From: Eledone cirrhosa | Lineage: Eukaryota | Direction of reading: 5' to 3' | Length of the DNA stretch: 64,000 bases | Assembly: GCA_964016885.1 (NCBI GenBank) | Contig: CAXHJY010000623.1 | Span: 33,276-97,275 of the forward strand | Shown here: piece after piece, positions 56,110-64,000 of the stretch | Numbering within the stretch: position 1 is the stretch's first letter | Layout of the letters: the number at the start of each line of letters is the position of its first letter | Made by a program: the position numbers and the translations under genes | The notes under the pieces: generated by a model | Database searches by the model: none | Told to the model about the DNA's origin: nothing | The model's input: only the letters and a program-made list of their open reading frames with translations

Positions 56110-56665
56110 TCTCTGTTCCTCACTTTATCCCTGTCTCTCTATCTACATCCCCATGCCCAGTAAATATTAATGAAAATGTTATTGATTTGCCAATGAAAGA
56201 AATCCAATAACATTTTGATTCGTTAAAATATTAAGTCCCATTAAAATTAGAAACCCATTTCACCTCCACACACATTCCCCCTCTCTCTTTCTCTAACCCT
56301 CTCCTCATCCCCCTCTCTCTAACCCTCTCCTCGTCCCCCTCTCTCTCTCTCTCTCTCTCTAACCCTCTCCTCGTCCCCCTTTCTCTCTCTCTAACCCTCT
56401 CCTCGTCTCCCTTTCTCTCTCTCTAACTCTACATCTCTTTCCTCTCTAACTCTCTCTAACTCTACATCTCTTTCATCTCTAACTCTCTCTCATCCTCTCT
56501 AATTCTCTCTTATCACTCTCTCTAATCCTCTCTAATTCTCTCTTATCACTCTTTCTAATCCTCTCTAATTCTCTCTTATCACTCTCTCTAATTCTCTCTT
56601 ATCCTCTCATCTCTCTCTCCCTCCCTCACTCTCACTCTTTCTCACTCTCTCTCACTCTCTCTCTC

Positions 56666-56701
<36 letters not shown>

Positions 56702-56912
56702 ACCCATTGAATTAGAGTTATGTCTAATGCCTTAGACAATCTTTTCAAAATGAAGCAACATAAAAATGGCGTCGTTATTAGTTTAACGCACAAAATCAAT
56801 TCAACCATATAATCAGACGTATATTTATTTAAATAGATTTTATTCATTTATCTTCTTTATCATGCTATCAGTTTTATTATTGCAATTAATGCTATTATTA
56901 CTGTTTGTATAG

Positions 56913-57467
56913 AGGGCGGTAGCTTGGCAGAATCGGTAGAGCGTCGGACAGCATGCTTTGCGGCTTAGAGTTAAGACTCTTTACGTTCTGAGTTCAAATC
57001 CCACCGAGGTTAGCTTTGCCTTTTATCCTCACAAAGTTAATAAAATAAAGTACCAGTAATGCACTGGGGTCGATTTAATCGACTTTCCCTCCCCTTCAAA
57101 TTGCTGGCCTTGTGCCTAAATCTTATACTGTTCGTATAAGGATAGTGGATTGGTAGAATCGGTAGAGCGTCGGACATTATGCTTTGCGGCATAGTTATGA
57201 CCCTCGCCGTTCTGAGATCAAATCCTATTGAGGTTAGCTTTGCTTTTCATCCTTACGGTGTCGATAAAATTAAGTACCAGTAACACACTGGGGTCAATTT
57301 AATTGACTTCTCCTTCCCTAAAATTGCTTGTGCCTAAATTAGAAACCATTATTACTGTTTCTATACAGGGCGGTTGATTGGCAAAATCGTTAGAGCATCG
57401 GACAAAAAATTAGAAACATTTGTTTCGACTCTTTAGATTCTGAGGTCAAATGCCGCCATGGTCAACT
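56913..57467 (+). mobile_element. Three tandem SINE copies (full-middle form)
   Basis: 56913-57122, 57140-57352, 57367-57467. Confidence 0.88.
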
Positions 57468-57504
57468 TCACACACACGTTCGCACCAATTATGGTGCGAA
57501 CATA

Positions 57505-57675
57505 ATCATGGTTTACTCGCTGTCTTCAATTCTGCATTCGTGCCAACCCTCACCTATCTTGGGTAATGACCGAAAGAATATGATCGCGAAATGGGGTTCC
57601 TCCAGAGGATCTTTGGAGTAGCGTAGCTCGGAGGTCAGACAGTGTGATTGTGGGTAATGGAGCGCTCAACAAGAA
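57505..57675 (+). mobile_element. RTE LINE internal fragment
   Basis: FVPTLTY...WVMTERI...EMGFLQRIFGV across frameshifts. Confidence 0.6.
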
Positions 57676-60600
57676 GGAACTCTTATATACATTGTCACTT
57701 TTGCTTACCTTCAAGGTCTGCTATTAATCTATTCATTTTAATTTCTCTTATTACCACTTTCATATTATTAACACGTCTTGGTTATATTCAACTGTCTCTA
57801 ATTTTCTTTGTCCTTTTTTTTTTACTCCCACTCGTTCTCTCCCTCCCACTCTCTCTCCCACTCTTTCACTCTCCCTACCACTTTCTCTCCCTTCCACTCT
57901 TTCACTCTCCCTTCCACTCTTTCACTCTCCCTTCCACTATTTCTCTCCCTCCCACTCTTTCCCTCTCTCCCACTCTTTCAATCTCTTCCACTCTTTCTCT
58001 TCCACTCTCTCTTATTTTTTCAGTTCCCCTTATATGTAGATCTCTGCACTTTGTTTAAATATTGTCTTCTGTAAGTCGTATTAGAAACTCAGTGCTCGTG
58101 TTTGTAAATCATTTACGTCTTTCTTTTACCTTACAATTGTGTTTCTATGTCAAATCTCTTTTCTTCAATTCTGCTTTAAATTATAATTTCCTTGTTTAGT
58201 GATAACATTTTCACTAATAATGATTTACATGTTTAACTGTCAAATAAATGATAAACATTGATTGTCAACTAAATTATTTATAGAAATATAAAAATATATA
58301 TATATATACTGAAACTGACGCTAAAACTAAACCAAACCAAATAATGAGTGTGTTTTACTATTTTGGGTAATATTAGGACAACATTACCCTCCCCAAATAC
58401 AACAATAATGATTTCTTTATTTCCATCAATAATGCCACAGAAAAGATGTTTCATAATTATAACAGCCTCTGTTATTGAATGTAAGTAAGTAAGCATAGAG
58501 GGCAATATAAACAGATGAGCAGGAATCTTGCTTTACTCGAGGCCAATTTTATCTACGACGAGATTCAGAAGTTAGACGCCAGCCAAACATCTTTATTTAC
58601 TCTACTGGTAACGCCCCAAATATTATGTATCCTGGGGTACTTTCATGAAAATATGAACACAGCATAACTGAATGGTTAAGGAATTCGCTTCCCAATTATT
58701 AGGTCCCGATTTTGATCTCATTGCGTAGTATCTTGGGCAAGTGACATATCGAATAACCTCGGGTCGATTCATCCCTTGTGAGCGAAACTGAATTGATAGA
58801 AACTGCTAGGAAGCCCTACGAACGGACTATACCTGTAATTTAAAGGGCCAGTCTTGTCATACGCTGTGTCACGTTGAAACGCCCTGAGAATTACGGTAAG
58901 AATACACGTGTCTGTGAAATATTCAACTTTTATAAACATGCTATTCTGTTGAAGGAACTGGAACACTCTCTAGTGAGTGGAAGTGCTTATCTCCCGACAT
59001 TTTATCATTCTTTTGGGAATTAATGTATTTCAAGAAAAAGATAAAATACTATTTCGATATTCCGAATAATACATATATTTATATATATGAATATATATGT
59101 AAACCTCTGTGTGTATGCATATATATATATATATATATATATGATATGATATTTTTATTGATTTACGTGTTTCTACCTGCCTTCTCCACCACTGTTCATC
59201 TTGGTTTTGTTGTTGTTGTTTATTTTCCTTCTTTATCTGTTGGTTTTATTTATTTCAATGAAAGCCAAGTCGTAAACGTTAACGAGCTAAAAACTCCACC
59301 TCGCTTTTACTTAAACTCTTTGATACCAAATCGCCTAAAACCGCCACTAGTTCTACGATTAAAAAAAGTATATTTATTTTAAATTGTTTATATTTACCTA
59401 AATATAAATTTTCCATTGTAATTTTATGGAAGAACGTTTGTTATGTTCCAAACACCGACTTAATAATGAGAAAGTTGGTTATGTTACTAAACACCTCCAA
59501 ATTCTTGATTCTATATTTCTTTCCTTATTCACAGTTGTATAAATAACATTCACAAAGCCGGCTTAAAACCCATTGATGTTAACATAAATATGAATAAAAA
59601 AGATAACAGCAAAATTAAGTAATGAGAAAATGTGGAAGAGTTAAAGAATGGAAGATCTGGCTGTTTGGGAAAGTAGAGGAAAGTACTATAAAAGCCATAA
59701 ACGAGGGGAAAAGTAAAGACTCTTGGGCCACTGAAGAAAATGGGGTGAGGAGAGGGTGATGGGTTCAAAAATCTTGGGCAGTGTCTTTCATTAAAAATAC
59801 GGTAACGAAAGGGTTAAAGTGTTTATATTTATCTAAATCCAGGCACCATATTTTCTTGTAAGCCCCATTGTTAACAGAAGCTCCAAACACCATATTGATA
59901 ATGAGAAAGTTAGTTATGTTACTAAATCCCTTCGAATTCTTGATTATTGTCAAAAAATTTTCAAAATATCCTGAAAATCATAAGCAGTTTATTTCATTAG
60001 AAATATGGTAATGGAGGGGTTAACAAGCTCCTCTCAACAAAATCATAATTATTAAATATCTCCTCACGTCTGTAACATATGATACATAGTTATATATTCA
60101 TACACAATCTTTCTGTACATACATAGGAGCAGGAATGGCTGCGTGGCTATGACGATCGCTTTGCAACAGTGCGGGTTCGGGTTCAGTCCCTTTGTGGGAT
60201 ATCTTGCACAAGTAACTTTTACTATAATCTCGGATCGACCAACGCCTTGTGAGAAACATGTGGTAGATGAAAACTGGGTAAACGCCCGTCGCATATTATA
60301 TATATATATATAATCAGGTTTAAACCAGTTTTATACTAGTTAGACCATTATTCAACAGAGTACTCGATACTTGGGATAGCAGAGGGTGACAGGGGCGAAG
60401 TGTCCGTGCATGCAGTGCATGCGTTATAGAATCTTGAGTTGATCAATTGCGTCGGTTGAAGTAAGCAGAATTTTGGCTGCTTACTAAAACGTATAGACAC
60501 AAAAAAAGATAACACACACACACGCCAACGCGCACGCACACGCACACGCACGCGCACGCACGCGCACGCACACGCACACACACACAAATACACGACATCT

Positions 60601-60849
60601 TTGGGGAAAGCAGAATTTTGACTGCTTACTAAATCGTAGACACATAAAAAGATAACACACACACACACACACACTAAATAATACTACATGCGGCTTTGAC
60701 CGTGAGAGTCATTTAGAGGGAATTTTTTAGGGGGGGGGGGGGGGGTAAGGCTGCGCAGCCCCACCTTCCGCCATGGCAATTGGACTGCATGCCCTGCTTT
60801 CCAGGTTACCCTTCGCCACTGGAGTGTGACTATATTAGACTGAGTCTAG

Positions 60850-60892
60850 AACTAGCTTTCGAAATGGCAAGAGCTTAGCTGTCGGGCCCCGA
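60850..60892 (+). ncRNA. HHR 3' half (family of 39800)
   Basis: ctagctttc-GAAAT-ggc-aagagctta-gct-GTC-gggcccc. Confidence 0.55.
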
Positions 60893-61266
60893 TATGCATA
60901 TACATATATATGTGCATCTTTTACGTGTGGGTACATACATATGAACGTATATCACGTGTGTGTGTGTGTGTGTGTAAGCGCACGCGTGCATGATGCATAT
61001 TGGAGTGCATTGGCAAGAGAAGGTGGGGGAAGGGTGTTTCATATCTTATATTTAGAATATCAGCAGGAAGTTTTTATCTGTAATGAAGTTATGAGAAACA
61101 CTTTTACTGTGTAGCAAAGGTAAGCAAATAATGGTTCCTTGTTGTTGTATTTAGTTTATACCTCGCGGGGAAATATGTTCTTTGTGTGTGTGTGTGTGTA
61201 TATGTACGTGTGTTTGCGTGCACATACACAAACACACGCACGCACACACGCGCACACACACACACA

Positions 61267-61314
<48 letters not shown>

Positions 61315-61367
61315 CACACACATACACACACGCGCACAGAAACACACACATACACACACGCGCACAG

Positions 61368-61491
<124 letters not shown>

Positions 61492-61502
61492 ACATACATA
61501 CA

Positions 61503-61537
<35 letters not shown>

Positions 61538-62044
61538 TATATTATATATAGCTAGATAGATAGCTTCGTAGGTATCTCTATATCTCTCCCCTCTCTCATA
61601 TATATATGAGAGAGAGAAGGAAAGATATATAGATACCTACCAAGCTATATATATATATATATATATATATATTAGCAGTGGTAGTGGAGGTGATGGTGAC
61701 AGCGGTGGTTGAGGGGGTAGCAGTAGTGGTAGTAGTAGTAGTAGTAGTACCATCAACAAAGTGAATGTCACCGTGACATGTTTACCTAATGACATTTACC
61801 CTACTTCATATTCCCGCCCTCTGGGAAGTCAGTTATTGGGGAGGAGAGAGGGTGGACTTGAGTCCAAATTCAAAAAATCGATTTTCAGATTCTTCTGATA
61901 AAAATCTGTTAGAAGTCATTCTGTATATTTCCAAAATTCACCAAATGTTTAAATTTGTTTAAATTTTGGTAAATATTGTTTGTTTTCGGTTTTTGTATTT
62001 GTGTTGGAACAGATATTGTTATAATTTGGAGGTGTGTATGTGGG

Positions 62045-63152
<1,108 letters not shown>

Positions 63153-64000
63153 CTCTTTTACTCTTTTACCTGTTTCAGCCATCCGGCTGAGGCCATGCTG
63201 GGGCACCGCCCTTGTTGCTACACATTTTATCTCCAGCCTGTATAGGTTGGCCACTGGTGTAGGAGGGAGTTTGTTGCTGCTGCCCTTAGGTTTCCCTCGT
63301 GTCTTGCTGTGGGCTCATCCGGGATCCTGGATAACAAGGTGTCGAGATGTTTCTTAAAGACATCCACCTCCACGTCATGCAAGTCTCGCAGATGCCTCGG
63401 CAGCCTGTTGAAGAGTTGAGGGCCCTTGAATCCCAGGCTATTGCAATACCTGCTCCTTATTCTAGATGTGGAAGACGGGACCTTTGGCACCACACAGTGA
63501 CGTCCTGTTCGACGGTTGGTCCAGCTCCCAATGCCAAAGTTTGGTGCTAGTCCCTCCAGGATTTTCCACATGTAGATCACTGCGTATCTCTCCCGTCTTC
63601 GCTCCAAGGAGTAGAGGTTCAGTTCCTTCAGCCTCTCCCAGTAGCTTGTCTCCCTCATCTTGGCAATCCTCTTGGTGTAGCTTCGCTGGATTGCCTCAAG
63701 CTCTGTGGTTAGTTTGACACTATGGGGTGACCACAGCTGGGAGCAGTAGTCCAGGCGGCTTAGGACAAAAGTCCTCCACAGTGTCAACATGGTGTCTCGA
63801 TCTCTTGTAAGGAAAGTCCTCAAGATCCAGCCAGCGAATCGTCTACATGCTGTCGCCACCTTCATGATGTGTGAAGAAAAAGATGCATCATCGCTCATGT
63901 CTATGCCCAGGTCTCGTATCGATTTTGACACGGGGATATCGGTCCCTCCTGGTCCTGTGTAGCTGTGTTCCGCTATATTTGTGTTTGTGTTTGCAGGTTT
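63153..64000 (-). mobile_element. CR1/L2-group LINE 3' region, open to the window edge
   Basis: RDLGI...FSSHI...WILRTF...SRLDYCSQLWSP...LEAIQRSYTKRI...YWERLKELNLYSLERRRER; tail ccagcatggcctcagccggatggctgaaacaggtaaaagagtaaaagag. Confidence 0.93.

Noticed and set aside
56290-56400. TAACCC hexamers as an interstitial telomere
   Set aside because: Single hexamers within a CT-rich tandem unit, not a (TTAGGG)n array.

Overview
AT-rich, microsatellite-saturated eukaryotic intergenic or intronic DNA. The repeat complement resembles octopod cephalopods (inference from remembered repeat consensus sequences). I found no convincing host protein-coding exon; nearly all long ORFs are translations of (TA)n, (CA)n or (CAC)n repeats. 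The window holds decayed transposons: two Penelope-like RT/GIY-YIG elements, fragments of CR1-group, RTE, Tx1/L1, Dong/R4 and CRE LINEs, two inverted Tc1/mariner copies, hAT and Tigger-type MITEs, a Helitron 3' end, many SINEs and several minisatellites. The main result is a dense, sequence-diverse set of type I hammerhead ribozyme (HHR) motifs: about 6-7 complete and about 8 degenerate or half copies. They mostly sit in short modules next to (TA)n tracts. Several modules form long fold-back palindromes, and several are cut off at HHR stem II. Also notable are TA-centred snap-back inverted duplications and a 288-bp near-identical tract shared by two otherwise diverged mariner copies 24 kb apart, a probable gene conversion. 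All alignments and folds were done by eye.
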